A DNA stretch of 64,000 nucleotides from Octopus sinensis (GCF_006345805.1 NC_043010.1:37014001-37078000), one strand, 5' to 3'; counted from the first letter of the stretch, positions 37,078 to 50,577 are shown. Notes: generated from the letters alone by a model not told the origin. Made by a program: numbers and translations.

Positions 37078-37215
37078 TGCAGGTGTGGGTTTGAGGTAAG
37101 AACCTTGCTTCCCAACATTGTGGCACCTTGAGCAAGTGTCTTCTACTATAGCCTCAGGCCAACCAAAGCCTTGTGAATGGATTTGGCAGACAGAAACTGA
37201 AAGAAGCCCATCATG
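37078..37215 (+). mobile_element. SINE A head whose 3' half resumes at about 39360-39552
   Basis: The head ends at the internal microsatellite that hosts the maT-like transposon. Confidence 0.7.
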
Positions 37216-37359
37216 TGTATTGTGTGTGTAATATATATATATATATATATATTCATATACAGGGTGCGTAAGATATTTGGTAGACAGAAACTGAAAGAAG
37301 CCCATCATGTGTATTGTGTGTGATATATATATATATATACTATATATATATACATACAT

Positions 37360-37444
<85 letters not shown>

Positions 37445-37513
37445 ATATATATATATATATATACATACATATACATACATATATATTATATATATATATA
37501 TATATACATACAT

Positions 37514-37556
<43 letters not shown>

Positions 37557-37558
37557 CA

Positions 37559-37616
<58 letters not shown>

Positions 37617-37622
37617 CACATA

Positions 37623-38829
37623 CAGGGTGTATAGATATTTGAGAGCATATCTTTTTGGGGTCATTCCTGCATTTTTTGCTTACTCTGTGTAATTTTTGTT
37701 TCAGAAAATAATAATGAATAATAATGGCAGACCCTCGGCTTCCTCAAGAAATGAAGAGGCATGCCATTATTGTGGTTATAAAGGCTGAGCATAGCTATTT
37801 AGAAATATCTCGATTTTTAATAGTTGCCAAATCCTTTGTAAGGAGCTAGAAACTGAAGATGGAAACATATCACCAGTATCAAAGCATAAAAAGCATTCTA
37901 AATGCTCTGAAATCATCAGGACACCTGAATTTATCCAGCATGTTCAATCCCAGATTACAATCCCAAAATGTCCATGAGATCAATTGCAAAAGATCTCCAT
38001 GTGTCAGAAGGAACTATCAGAAATATTGTCCATGAAGACATCAGATATATCAGTCTTATATGATGAGGAAAGGTCAGTTTGTCAGAAAAGGGAAATCACT
38101 ACATCAAACCTAAAAGGCTCTTGAATAAACTGAAAAGCAGAAGATTTAATTTGGTTTTTCTCAAACGAAAAAAACTTCAACCAAAATCAAAAAGTTAACA
38201 GAAGAAATGATAGATGGTTATGTTCAGACCCTTCTGAACTTCCAAGTGTAATGCATACAAAATTACCTGCAACTGTCATGGTTTTAGAGGTTGTCAGCAA
38301 TGAAGGACATGTGATGCCTCCTTACTTCTTTCCTTACTGCTGCCTACATTGAGGTTCTGGAAATAATTGTTAAGCCCTGGATAGACAGTGTATGCAATGG
38401 AAGGCCATATGTGTTTCATTAAGACTCTCTAGTAACACAGGAATGGATGGCTGAAAATTATCATGATCATATAGCCCCTAACATTTGGCCTCCTAATTCC
38501 TCAGATCTCAATCCATTGGACTATTACATGTGGAGCGTTGTTGAGAGAGAGGTCAATGAACACGCCCATAACACCAAAGATTCTTTGAAAGCTGCCATAG
38601 TCAGAGTAATGTCCAAAATGAACCAGGACCACTTGATTCGAACATGCAGATGATTTAGATCTCGTATAGAAGCAGCTGTTGAAGCTGAAGGTGGCTTTAT
38701 CAAATGACATTATAGAAAAGAAGGTTTATTTTTATCCTCATAGCATTCTTTGATAAATAAAGTTATTATCTCCACTATATATTTTTGTTTATAAACATAA
38801 ATCTGACCTCAAATATCTTAAGCACCCTT
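37623..38829 (+). mobile_element. Near-full-length decayed Tc1/mariner transposon, maT (DD37D)-like
   Basis: About 20-bp TIRs (CAGGGTGTATAGATATTTG / CAAATATCTTAAGCACCCTT) with TA flanks, inserted in (TA)n. Confidence 0.9.
37723..38708 (+). pseudogene. Transposase pseudogene
   Basis: MADPRLPQEMKRHAII..., WFFSNEKNF, VMVLEVVSNEGHVMPPYFF, YVFH*DS, IWPPNSSDLNPLDYYMWSVVE...RIEAAVEAEGGFIK*; has stops, frameshifts and deletions. Confidence 0.88.
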
Positions 38830-38859
38830 TATATGTTTGTGTGTGTGTGTGTGTATGTG

Positions 38860-38896
<37 letters not shown>

Positions 38897-39916
38897 ATAG
38901 ATCTGTGTGTGTATATGTATATACATATATGTGTATCTGTATGTATGTGTGTTAGTGTTGTGTATGTATGTATATATGTGTGTATATATGTATGTGTGTG
39001 TGTATGAAGGTATGTATGTATATGTATAATTACTTACAGGATCTAATAGAATCAATTTATTAAAATAACAAAGACACCAAGCTAGAGTTGAGCGCAACAT
39101 ACCCGTCTATCAACATGGGTATGCTGTACTCTACTCAACTCCACCTTGTATCATTAGTGCATATGGACTCTTACATACTAACTAAAGCATATACAGATTA
39201 GTCCTTCCAAGTATGCATACATCCACAAGTATACACCAAATACAATCAGTGTATGTGTAAAATCACACAAAAGTATACTCCTGCATGCAGTCCATGGTCC
39301 ACTGTAGGCTCAAGATCCAATACATTTGTGTTATTATTTATATATGGGGAAGGGGCAGTTGTGTTTGTCCCCCACCATCACTTGACAACCATTGTTCATG
39401 TGTTTACATCCCTGTAACTTAGCGGTTTGGCAAGAAAGGCAGATAGAATAAGTACCAGGCTTAAAAAAAGCAAAATAAGATAAAATAATACTGGGGTCAG
39501 TGCCCCAGCATGGCCACAGTCTAATGACTGAAATAAGTAAAAGTTAAAAGACATAACATATTTACCTGAATCCGTCTGTGTTGTGGTTCTGTCTGTTGGT
39601 TGTTTGTCTATGTCAGTTCTGAATGAGTTATAAATGAAATGTCATCTGCAAGATTTAATTTTCTGTTTTAAAATTTTGCCACCAGCAACCACTTAAGAAT
39701 GGCTGCTTCTTATTTCTTTACGCAAAAGTACCATTCAATAGGCTGGCTTTATGGTTTCGTTATTAATGTTGTTCTACGTTCTGAGATCAAATTCTGCTGG
39801 GGTTCACTTTGCCTGTCATCCTTTTGAGGGGGTCAATGAAATAAGTATCAGTTGAGTGCTGGGATCGATGTAATCGACCACCCCCCTCCCCACAAATTTC
39901 AGGCTTTGTGCCTATA

Positions 39917-40316
39917 CTCTTTTACTCTTTTAGTCATGTGACTGTGGCCATGCTGGAGCACTGCCTTTAGTCAAGCAAATCAACCCCAGGACTTATTCTT
40001 TGTAAACCTAGCACTTATTCTATCGGTCACTTTTGCTGAACCGATAAGTTACAGGGACGTAAACACACCAACATCGGTTGTCAAGCGATGTTGGGGGGGG
40101 GGGGCAAACACAGACACAAACATATACACACACACATATATACACATATATATGACAGGCTTCTTTCAGTTTCCATCTACCAAATCCACTCACAAGGCTT
40201 TGGTCAGCCCGAGGCTATAGTAGAAGACACTTGCCCAAGGTGCCACGCAGTGGGACTGAACCCAGAACCATGTGGTTCGTAAGCAAGCTACTTACTACAC
40301 AGCCACACCTATGCCT
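39917..40316 (-). mobile_element. SINE family A inserted in the tail of a SINE B2 (about 39740-39916)
   Basis: Full reverse complement of A directly after the B2 tail ...ttgtgcctat. Confidence 0.9.
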
Positions 40317-40639
40317 ATCCTACGATAGGAAGAATTATTAATATTGTTGTTGTTTATCCCATATTAGTCTTTCCCATCTTATACCTAGTGCTGTAGTGCA
40401 ACTGCAATGTGTCCTTAAGACAGCAGAGTACACTTTGAGGGGGAATTATCCTCTATTTTTTCACCAGTGGGGTGGGAGAGCACATAAGCATATCATTGTT
40501 GAGTGTGTGATATCGATGTCATAACTGAGACAGATATCTCTATATAAAAATAGCCAGTATAAATGTTGATTAGCTGATTATTTTTTCTAATCATGCTTTA
40601 CATTATGTAGAGCGATACAGAGAGTTAACATAAGAGGTG

Positions 40640-40930
40640 CATGAGGAGTGCACATACTAGGCTTGTTGGCAGGCAGTGAGTAAAGGAATGCTACACACCC
40701 AAAGAATTGTATGTAGAAGAGGAGAGGGAGTAAAAGACAATAGCTTTAGGAGGAGTTGTAGAAATGAGAAATTTGCCTTATGTACTGTTGTGTCTGGGGA
40801 AAGTCATTTTCTTTTTGTGCCTTCTTTTTGTAACACACTCACCGGTAAAATTTCCACTTATTTCTTATTCTTATTTTCTTAAAATTTTCGTTGCATCTTG
40901 CAACCTTTTCAATAGTCTTGACTCTGTCCG
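40640..40930 (-). mobile_element. Possible Penelope-like terminal fragment
   Basis: Purine-skewed like 13690-14995 and ends in a hammerhead-like motif; no coding match seen. Confidence 0.35.
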
Positions 40931-41464
40931 TTGCCTTATATAATTTTATTTGAAGGTGATATTTTTCTTTTAAAACTTAGTATACAATTTAACATTTTGT
41001 AGAAGCACCTAGAAATTTGATAAAAGTTATGATTATTGTATGTGTGCCATATTTCCTGATGTCACCTATGGTGGCAAAAATATACTTCCAAAGTTCCCTT
41101 TCACATGAGAGATAACACGGTAGTAACTAATATGAGAGAGAATCTGTAAGTTGTAATACAATTTTAACAATTTGAAAGACTGTTTGTTGTTTTCATTTTG
41201 AATGCAAGAAAGCAGTCAAGTGTTAGAAATAGTGGAGAAGCCTTTTCAGTATTTAATTCTGTCTGCCTAAATTTGTGAGTTAAAAGCTCGGCTTTTCATC
41301 CTCTCTCGGGTCAGTGAAAGCACAGTATCATTTCATTACACTATATGCTATATACCTCTCTCTCTTTTCCGAATACATCTTTGTGACAAGGTGAAAAATA
41401 GTGATTGTTTATTTATTTATCCTATTTATAAACAATAAATATATGTGTCTTTTCAAATAATATT

Positions 41465-42562
41465 GTTATTATTATTATTATTATTAAGGTGGCAGGCTGG
41501 CAGAATTATTAGCATGCTTAGCGAAATGCTTAGCGGCATTTCATCTGCTGCTCCATTCTGAGTTCAAATTCTACCAAGGTCGACTTTGCCTTTCATCCTT
41601 TCAGGATCGATACATTAAGTACCCTTTGAGTACTGGGCTCAATGTAATCAACTTACCCCTCCCCCCAAAATTTCAGGCCTTGTGGCTATAATAGAAAGGA
41701 TTATTATTATTATTAAGGCAAGCTGGCAGAATTGTTAGCCCACTGAGCGAATGCTTAACGGTTCACGTTCTGAGTTCAAATTCCACCAAGTTCGATTTTG
41801 CCTTTCAACCTTTCAGGGTCAATAAATTAAGTACCAGTGAAATGCTGGGATTTCAGGACTTATGCCTTTAGTAGAAAGTATTATTATTATTATTATTATT
41901 ATTATATTATTATTATTATTATTATTAAGGCAGCCTGGTAGAATTGCTGGTGTCATTTTGCCTTTCTTTGCACTCTGAGTTCAAATTCCATTGAGGTCAT
42001 TGACTTTACTTTTCATCCTTTCAAGTTTGATGAAATATGTACCCATCTAGCACTGGGGTTGATGTAATCACCCAGCCCCCTCTCCCAAAATTGCAAGGAG
42101 AACTATAATAGAAAGCATTATTATTACAATTAAGACAGTGAGCTTAGCAGAATCATTAGCATGCTAGACAATATGCTCAGCAGAATTTTGCCTGTCATTA
42201 CATTCTGAGTTCAAATTCTACCGAGATCAACTTTCCCTTTCATGTTTTCAGGGTTGATAAATTAAGTCAAGCATTGGTTGGGAGGTGTAATTGACTGTCC
42301 CCTCCCGCAAAATTTCAGGTTTTGTGCCTATAATACAAAGGATGATTATCCTTATTATTACTAAGGCAGCAAGGTGGCTTAGAGGCATTTCATCTGTCTT
42401 TGTGTTCTGAGTTCAAATTCCACTGCAGTCGACTTTGCCTTTCATCCTTTCAGGGTCGATAAAATAAGTACCAGTTGAACACTGGGGTCAATGCAATCAA
42501 TTGTCGCCCCCTCCCCCCCAAAAAAATTCCAGGCCTTGTGCCTTAAGTAGAAGGGATTATTA
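41465..42562 (+). mobile_element. Head-to-tail array of about 5 SINE B2 copies separated by (ATT)n
   Basis: B heads at about 41486, 41714, 41927, 42132 and 42363. Confidence 0.9.
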
Positions 42563-43934
42563 CTAAATTTCTCCCTGTGCACACACATATCAAAAGGTCG
42601 ATCTTGTTTGTAAGCTTGATTAAAGCTTTCAAACAGCCCCTTTTCCCCTTTCTTATATGCGTCTTTTGACTAAGTTTGATCCCAAAATATGTATTGAATC
42701 ATGTATTGAAAGGTGAATTTTGATATTTCAAGGCAGTGAAATCATATCACCTCTTTATTTACAACCCACCCACCCCGCCACACACACACACACAAAATTC
42801 TTTTGACATTTATTTTATTTCAATGTATTTTATCCCATTTTGTCTATTCCTGCTTGCAGTTAACAGTATCATACATCTAAGACCTGATTACTGATACTCT
42901 AGGTTACTGCTGCTATATCTCATTATTTCATTTATTTATACACAGTTTATTGAAACCTTTCATATAGTTTATCAAATAACATTGGCGTTTATATTATTAT
43001 TCTATCTATACATACAAACACACACACACACACAATGTGTGTGTCTATGTATATGTGTGTATGTGTGTTCTCTCTTCTTTGGTGTGCTTGTGTATAGCTA
43101 GCTAGCTCTGTCTATAGATTTCTGTTTGGATGTGAGTGGATGTTCGTATCAATTATGTAAATTGCTAAAGGGGACTCCACTATTGATAGTGTGTTTAAAA
43201 TATAGTGTTGTTTGATATAAAAAGAAAAAGAAAATCAGAAAAAAGGGGAAAATATGATTTTAGTTACCTTGTCGAAACCAGACAAGTTTCATGTTGAAGC
43301 ATAATTTTTTTTAAAAATATGTTATATGTATGAAGTTTTTTATAAAGTATAATAATAATGGTAAAATCTTGCATTTTTTTTTTTTTCTAATTTTGTCAAA
43401 AATGAAATAATATTGTGTTTGTGTGTGTGTGTACATGTGTCCCTCCTCCTGAATTATTTTCAGGCAGCAATTTCAAGTTTTAGATTAAGGTAGAATTATT
43501 TCTATTCATTAGAATGTATTTTTTTCCAACCCAAGTCATTTATTCTGCCTATTATGTGTGTATGTGTGTGTGTATTTACTTACATACATTACACACACAC
43601 ACACACACACATTCCAAATTCTGCAATGACCTTCAGACATTAACTGATGAAAAGAGATTTGTATCCATATTTTTTCTATATCTTGTTCATTGTCTGCTTT
43701 TAATTTTTCTCTTAAATAAGTATGTATGTGTGTGAGAGTATGTATATATATATATGTGTGTGTGTGTGTGTTTATGTATATGTATGCATGTGCATGTGTG
43801 TGTGTGGCAATCAACCTATAAGCAAAGTGACACCAAGTAGGGTTCAGCACTAATCTAACTTCTGTAAATTCATTTTTTTTCCTATCTTGCTGTGATTCAA
43901 AACAGAAATTGTGCATGCCTATGCACACGCACAC

Positions 43935-43970
<36 letters not shown>

Positions 43971-44393
43971 ATATATATATATATTTAGGTGGATGATGAT
44001 GATGATGACAGTTTGAAAGAGGGTACGTGAGCGCTATATTTACAGTACTTCATTTATATGGTTTTGATTTTTAAAATTGCATGCCCTGGCTTATAAATTA
44101 GGAATCGCTACAGCTCTCTGCAGTCGCTTGACATGACCTGCTAGAATAACCGCCAAATCTCAGGATGGTTATGTTTGGAATGCCTTTGATCTCAGAGCTC
44201 ATCGATCAGAGTTAAACAACAATAATAGTGACGATGACGACGACATCATCAACAACAACAATCAAACCAGCTTTCTTTGCTTCTGCATCCTTCTCGCTAT
44301 CTTTTCAGAGTTGTCAAAGTTCAGGGATCGATCGTTTCTTTGATAACATTCTCCTATCTTTTCTATTTTCGTCTGCTCCCCCTTTTCTTCTAG

Positions 44394-44443
44394 AATTATC
44401 TCTTGAAAGATGGATGGCGTTAGCAAAACCATGGGGCCTTGGT
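44394..44443 (+). other. Candidate about 50-nt exon
   Basis: Strong pyrimidine tract then TTCTAG (AG 44392-44393); donor GTATGC at 44444. Open reading LSLERWMALAKPWGLG, or an ATG in gaaagATGg context giving MDGVSKTMGPW. Confidence 0.4.
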
Positions 44444-44877
44444 GTATGCTGCCAACATTAAGTCACTTATCATTTGACAATGCTGTTCAACAGATTTTGT
44501 CCATATTCAGTAGAAGTATAGATTTCTTTTTTTTTTCCCCCTAACACCTTAATTAAAGACAATGGTCAGTTTTATGTGGTTCTCAAATGTTATTTTGGTA
44601 ACATCTCATCTTCTGAATTTTCTTTCATTCTCTTTCTGGTTTTCACTCAGTGGACTGTAACCATGATACAGCACTGCTTTCAAGAATTTTTTTTTTCTTT
44701 TCAATTGATTATATCTTAAACAATTATTGGTCTGGTACTTATTTCATTAATTAACCTCAAAATTAACAAAAAAAAGGCAAGTCCCTAGCTTTTCTTTTTT
44801 TTTTTTTTGTTCATATTATTTTATTCTTAGTTTTGTTTTGTTTTTGGAACAAAACTTTTGTCTGCGATCAGTGGCTC

Positions 44878-45272
44878 TCTTTTATCTTTTACTTGTTTCA
44901 ATCGTTTGACTGTGGCCATGCTGGGGCACTGCCATGAGGAATTTTTAATCAAATGAATCAACCCCAATGCTTAATTTTCTAAACCTGGTACTTATTCTAT
45001 CTGTCGCTTTTGCCAAATTGCTAAGTCACAGGAATATAAACAAACCAACACTGGTTGTCAAGCAGTGGCCAAACACAGACACAAAGACACACACACACTT
45101 ATATTTATACACCAGGCTTCTTTCAGTTTCCACCCACCAAGTCCACACACAAAGCCATGGTCTGCATAATGCTATAGTAGAAAATACTTTCCCAAGGTGC
45201 CATGCAGTGGGACTGAACCTGGAACTATGTTCTTGGGAAGCAAACTCCTTACCACATAGCCACATTTGTGCT
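44878..45272 (-). mobile_element. SINE family A
   Basis: Reverse complement of family A; a further minus copy lies at about 45700-46010 and a family C copy at 45450-45630. Confidence 0.85.
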
Positions 45273-46194
45273 ATGCTTTACAAACAAAAGTGTAGGAGCA
45301 TTTATGTGGTCTCTTGAGCTCCTAGAATCAACAGCTAATTCTCCTTCAAAATGCACATAAAATAAGCATAAACTGAGGAGTGATGCTTTCAATGTCACAT
45401 GGGAAAAAATATCTTGGCTGATATTTCCATTTTAGTTGGAGAATCCTTGTCATTATCATTTAATGTCTGTTTTCCCTGCTGGCATGGGTTGGACGGTATG
45501 ACAGGGGCTGGCAAGGTCAGGATATGCACCAAGTTCTGTTGTCTGTTTTGGCTTGATTTCTACAACTGGAAACACCAACCACTTTACAGAGTGTACTTGA
45601 TGTTTTTTCTATGTGGCACCATCACTTGGAAAATCTGTTGGTAGTTGTTAACGACTTGTAGTTCTTTTGTTGACATGCACTACCTTTCTTTTATCTTTTA
45701 TAATTTACTTGTTTTAGTTATTTGACTGTGGCCATGCTACAGCACTACCTTGAAGGGTTCAGTTGAACAAATTGACTTCATTACTGGCTTTTTTGTTTTT
45801 AAGTCTGGTACTTATTCTATCAGTCTCTTTTGCCAAACTGCTAGGTTATAGGGATGTAAACAAACCAGCACCAGTTGCCAAGAAGTGGTAGGGAGTCAAA
45901 CACACACACACAATGGGCTTCTTTCAGTTTCCATCTACCAAATCCACTCACAAGGCATTGGTTGACTTGAGGCTATAATAGAAAACCCATGCTTAAGGGG
46001 TGCCACACAATATGAATTTTCAAAATAACGAGCATGAAATTTTGATGGACAATTTGGAGGGGTCACTTTAAAACAAGAACCTTGTATCAGTCTGAGGTAC
46101 ACTATATCTGGGGAAAAATTGAGGTAGTCATGGTTGGAACATCTTTAATCAGGGCCAGTCTAGGACTAAGCAACAACAACAACCAGATTATATA

Positions 46195-46641
46195 TTAGTG
46201 TCATTTAAACCACCCATTACTGGCTCTAGTATTCTACCTGATTTATGTTCAAACTGACCAGATCTGGCCTCTCACACCTTTCCTACAATGTCCTTCCCAA
46301 TGTAAATACTCACAAAACTGGAATCTCAAAGCTACATGATTATGCATGCTTAACCCGTTAGCATGGAAATTACTTTGTCAAATGTGATAGTTATTTATTT
46401 GCCTTTTGTAAAATAAATCCTGTATTATTTCATAGTTTTGAGACTTCAAAGATGTGATTGTTTATTTTTAGAATGATATTGCAGGGTAGGTGTGAGAAGC
46501 TGGATCTCGCCAGTCTGAACATAAAACAGGTAGAATATTTGGGCCGGATATGGATGGTTTGAATAATAAAGAGTTCATTCAAAACAATGTGAATAAATAA
46601 GCATTACATTTGACAGAATAATTTGAGCATTAAAAGGGTCA
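46195..46641. mobile_element. piggyBac-like MITE with an inverted same-family copy nested at 46354-46573
   Basis: The outer copy is split at its internal TTAA (46350-46353; TTCA at 46574-46577); the inner copy is the reverse complement. Confidence 0.88.
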
Positions 46642-47974
46642 ATGCGAAAGACATCCAATTCTTCTGTAAATCGTCTGTGTCTCAGCTGACAGGAAGTTCA
46701 CCATTATTGGTGAGACTAAATCTGTATGAGAAAAAAAGAATGTGATGGCGAAGGAGAAGAAGAAAAAGAAAAAAAAAATGAAATGTTAGTGCATCCAGCA
46801 GTTCTCAGTAGGAGTGTTTGGCAGCAGGATAGGTCTTGGGTTGGGGTGATGATGGAAATAAATTCCAAAGTGTAAAATGTCTGTCACAGTAGCCAAAGAA
46901 GTTGAGAGAAAGAGAGAGGGAAGACATAAATGTAGTATGAAGAGTCCAAGAGTTTAAAAGGTGTCACGAAAAGACAAAGAGGGAGACACAAAGATAATAT
47001 TTGGCAGCGACTATTTGTGAATGGAAGCGAAGGAACTTCGCATTCAATTTGTAATCAGCACTTCATGTGCAATCAACTCTAATTAAGTCACTACTTTATC
47101 ACTTAACCTCATTGCTTGTTAAACGAAATAAAAGTGTTAATAAGCAATTTCATACCACCTTCCAGTCTGTACCTACTTTTGTCCTCACCAACTCCCAAAT
47201 GCCTGACTCTTGCCAGATAAAATTTCACAGCACCTAATATTCAGAGTTGACCATATATAAACTGTGAAGATAATTGCTCTTTGCTCTGCCAGTAGTGGAG
47301 ATCCCCTAGTCTGTGAATATTTAGTTCCATGCATGTAAACAGCCAGGAAGTAAACTGGCAGAATTGTCAGCATATAAGACAAATTGCTCTTTATGGTAAT
47401 TGTTCAGGTCCTTAAAGCTCTAAGTTCAAATCCTGTTGAGGTTAGTATTATTGGCAGTGAATTAGCAAAGTCATTATAGCATCACTCAGAATATCTTATG
47501 TCATTCATTCCAGTTCTTTGCACTCTGAATTAAAATACTGCCAAGGTTAGCTTAGTCATTCCATTTTTTTTTTTAATGTGGTGTTGGTGGTGGTGGCTTC
47601 ATAGAGTACTAGTCCTGTTCTTGGGTCAATTCTCCTCTTTTCTTCACATTTTCTGTCTGTTTGCCTGTCTGTTCCTAGAAGAAATCATTCTGTGTCAGAT
47701 CTGATGAGGTATGGGCTTTGCCGGATCCAAAACTGTCCAAGATACTTTTGTATCATGATGGTGCATTTATGCTTCCTTCAGGATTTGAAGGTGCAAGGCA
47801 ACAGAAGTCAACAAGGAGAGGAAGCCTTCACTATTTCACTACCATGGGCTGCAACTGATCTTTAAAATCTTGCAGGGATTTAATAGGAAGCTACTTCCTA
47901 ACTGGAGGAAACTAGTTTAGTGGATAAACAACATCAACCACAGCAAGCCAACAAAAGGGTCTGTATGTAGTCAT

Positions 47975-48350
47975 TCAAACATGGTTTGGGGTTCATTCCC
48001 ACTGTGTGGCACCTTGGGCAAGTGTCTCCTCTATAGCCTCGGGCCAACCAAAGCCTTGTGAGTGGATTTGGTTGACAGAAACTGAAAGAGACCCGTCATG
48101 TATATGTATATATGTATGTGTGTGTGTATATGTCTGTCTGTTTTCACCCCCACCCACCCACACACACACATCGCTTGACAACCGATGCTGGTGTGTTTAT
48201 GTCCCTGTAAATTAGCGGTTCTGCAAAAGAGGCCAATAGAATAAGTACTAGGCTTTACAAATAATAAGTCCTGGGAGTCGATTTGCTCGACTAAAGGCGG
48301 TGCTCCAGCATGGCCACAGTCAAATGACTGAAACGAATAAAAGAGTAAAG
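47975..48350 (+). mobile_element. SINE family A
   Basis: Family A body and tail. Confidence 0.88.
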
Positions 48351-49223
48351 AGTATACATTATCCAACATATTTTGCATGGTGAGTCTACTGAGCGAGATT
48401 TGGTTGCTATTTCTACCAGACTGAGGGACTCTAAAGAACAGCACCCTTGTTCAGACTCTGCACATCACTGGGCTGAAATGTGACAGCTAATAAATTCAAT
48501 GGTATCGGCTCTACTTGATAGTGCGGACTAGTTTGATAGACAGCTATCTCTACTCTCTACTCTGATCTAAGTAATCAATGGCTGCCAAAGTTTTCATGTG
48601 GAATCACAAGATACTCTCCTGCTGATTTGATCATGATGATGAAGAACAAATGATGAAAATGCTATGCAATAATGATAATAATAAAATGGTGATGATAATG
48701 GCAGTGATGGTGGTAGTATTAGTAGTTGTTGTTAGAGTATCTGAATGTTTTCTTTTTTTTTTTAAAAAAAAAGGAAGAAAAAACATCATTATCCTCCTTT
48801 TATGCTAACAGTTCAATCATACTTTCAAAATGTTTTGATTGCATGTGTATGTGTGTGTGTGCAAATGTTTTATATATATATATATATATATACACGTGTG
48901 TGTCTGTGTGTGTATATATATGTGTGTGTGTTTGTGCATGTGCGCACATGCATGTATGTGAGTATGTACTTTTTTTGCTCAGCTAACCAGTCACCACTTC
49001 TTTGCTCAGAAAATGGTATTTTTTTATAAAAATCAAAAAAAAAAAAGTTACAAATAACAAAGTCGTAAAATAATGCAAAACAAAAGCAATTCCAAATCCA
49101 TGTTTGAAAAGTCACTTAAAATATCAAGAATGCCATAGCTGTGACAGACCAATTTTTTTTTTCCAGTAATTCATTTCATTTCATTTATTTTTATTATTTA
49201 GACTATATTTTCATTCCAAGACA

Positions 49224-49227
<4 letters not shown>

Positions 49228-49261
<34 letters not shown>

Positions 49262-49321
49262 TTCAGAGAGGGGGCTCTGCACACACCACACACACACACA
49301 CAGAAATTCAGAGAGGGGGCT

Positions 49322-49355
<34 letters not shown>
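49228..49355. repeat. Local duplication between (CA)n tracts
   Basis: cagaaattcagagagggggctctgcacac occurs twice. Confidence 0.9.
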
Positions 49356-49360
<5 letters not shown>

Positions 49361-50204
49361 CAATCAAGAAAATGGTGAGAGATTATTCTTCTGTTAGAAT
49401 ACAGAGGAAAGGAGAACCTCCAAGAGGGTTAGGAGTGGGATGGCCTGATCAATATTTATACAGGCATGGCATTCAATTTTGGATGTTGTCAAAAAATGAA
49501 AACTTTATTGTTGGGTTTTGTGTTGTCGTTGTTGTTGTAATTGTGTGTGTATGTACTGGTGGTGATGGTGGGGTTCTTTTCAAATTTCAGTTTGCAACAT
49601 TCAGCTATAATTGTATTTTCCATACCTTTGACACTTTCCTTTACCATTTTGTTGCCAATGTTAGTGTTATTGCTTTTTTTAAAAAAATTTTATTGCATTC
49701 TTTTTTTTTTTTTTAAGACCAAATAAACAACGTAAAATTATGAACAACAACACTCTAATTTTGCCACTGTAATTTTCCTTATATATTTTAATAATAATAA
49801 TTGCCATTCTTTTGGTTGGTTGAAAACAGTTGGCACGTCTCATTTGATATGCTTCCTTCATAATATTCTGGCATAACTCCTTAAAGCTTAACTGGAATTA
49901 AAAGAAAGTGTGGATGAGAATTTAAAAAAAAATTTTCTGTCAGGAATGTTGTAGAAGCAACTCTAAATTAGATCTGTTCTTTAGTGACAATTTGCTGAGA
50001 TCCCCAAAACTAATTCGCCCCAGATAGGCATTATATAATGATTACATTTTCATCTAGTGGGTCATGGACCTTCCTTACTGTATATGTTTTTGGGAAGCAT
50101 TAATTATCTTTGGTTGTTTAGTTAATATTATTTTTTTTAAATGTGCTGCGTACAATTAAAAACCCAGAGTCAGTTGAAGACTGAGGGCCAGCAGCCTTTT
50201 TTTT

Positions 50205-50577
50205 TGCATGGCTGTATGATAAGAAGTTTGCTTCACAACAACATGGTTCTAGGTTCAGTCCCACTGTATGGCACCTTGGGCAAGTGTCTTATATTATAGC
50301 CATCCACAGGCTAACCAAAGCCTTGTGACTGGATTTGGTAGACAGAAACTGAAAGCTGCCCATCATGTGTGTGTGTGTGTTCCCCATCACTGCTTGACAA
50401 CTGGTGCAGGTGTGTTTGCATCCCCCATAACTTAGCGGTTGGGCAAACTAGCCTGATGGTGTAAGTGCCAGACTAAAAAGAAAACATGTTAGTACTGGAT
50501 TCAACTCATTCAATAAAAATTCTTCAAGGTTGTGCCCCAGCATGGCCGTAGTCCAATGACTAAAAGAACTAAAAGAT
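50205..50577 (+). mobile_element. SINE family A
   Basis: Family A head and tail. Confidence 0.85.

Noticed and set aside
49141-49716. 191-aa ORF, the longest in the track
   Set aside because: Non-ATG start; kept open by (CA)n and T-rich tracts; no domain.
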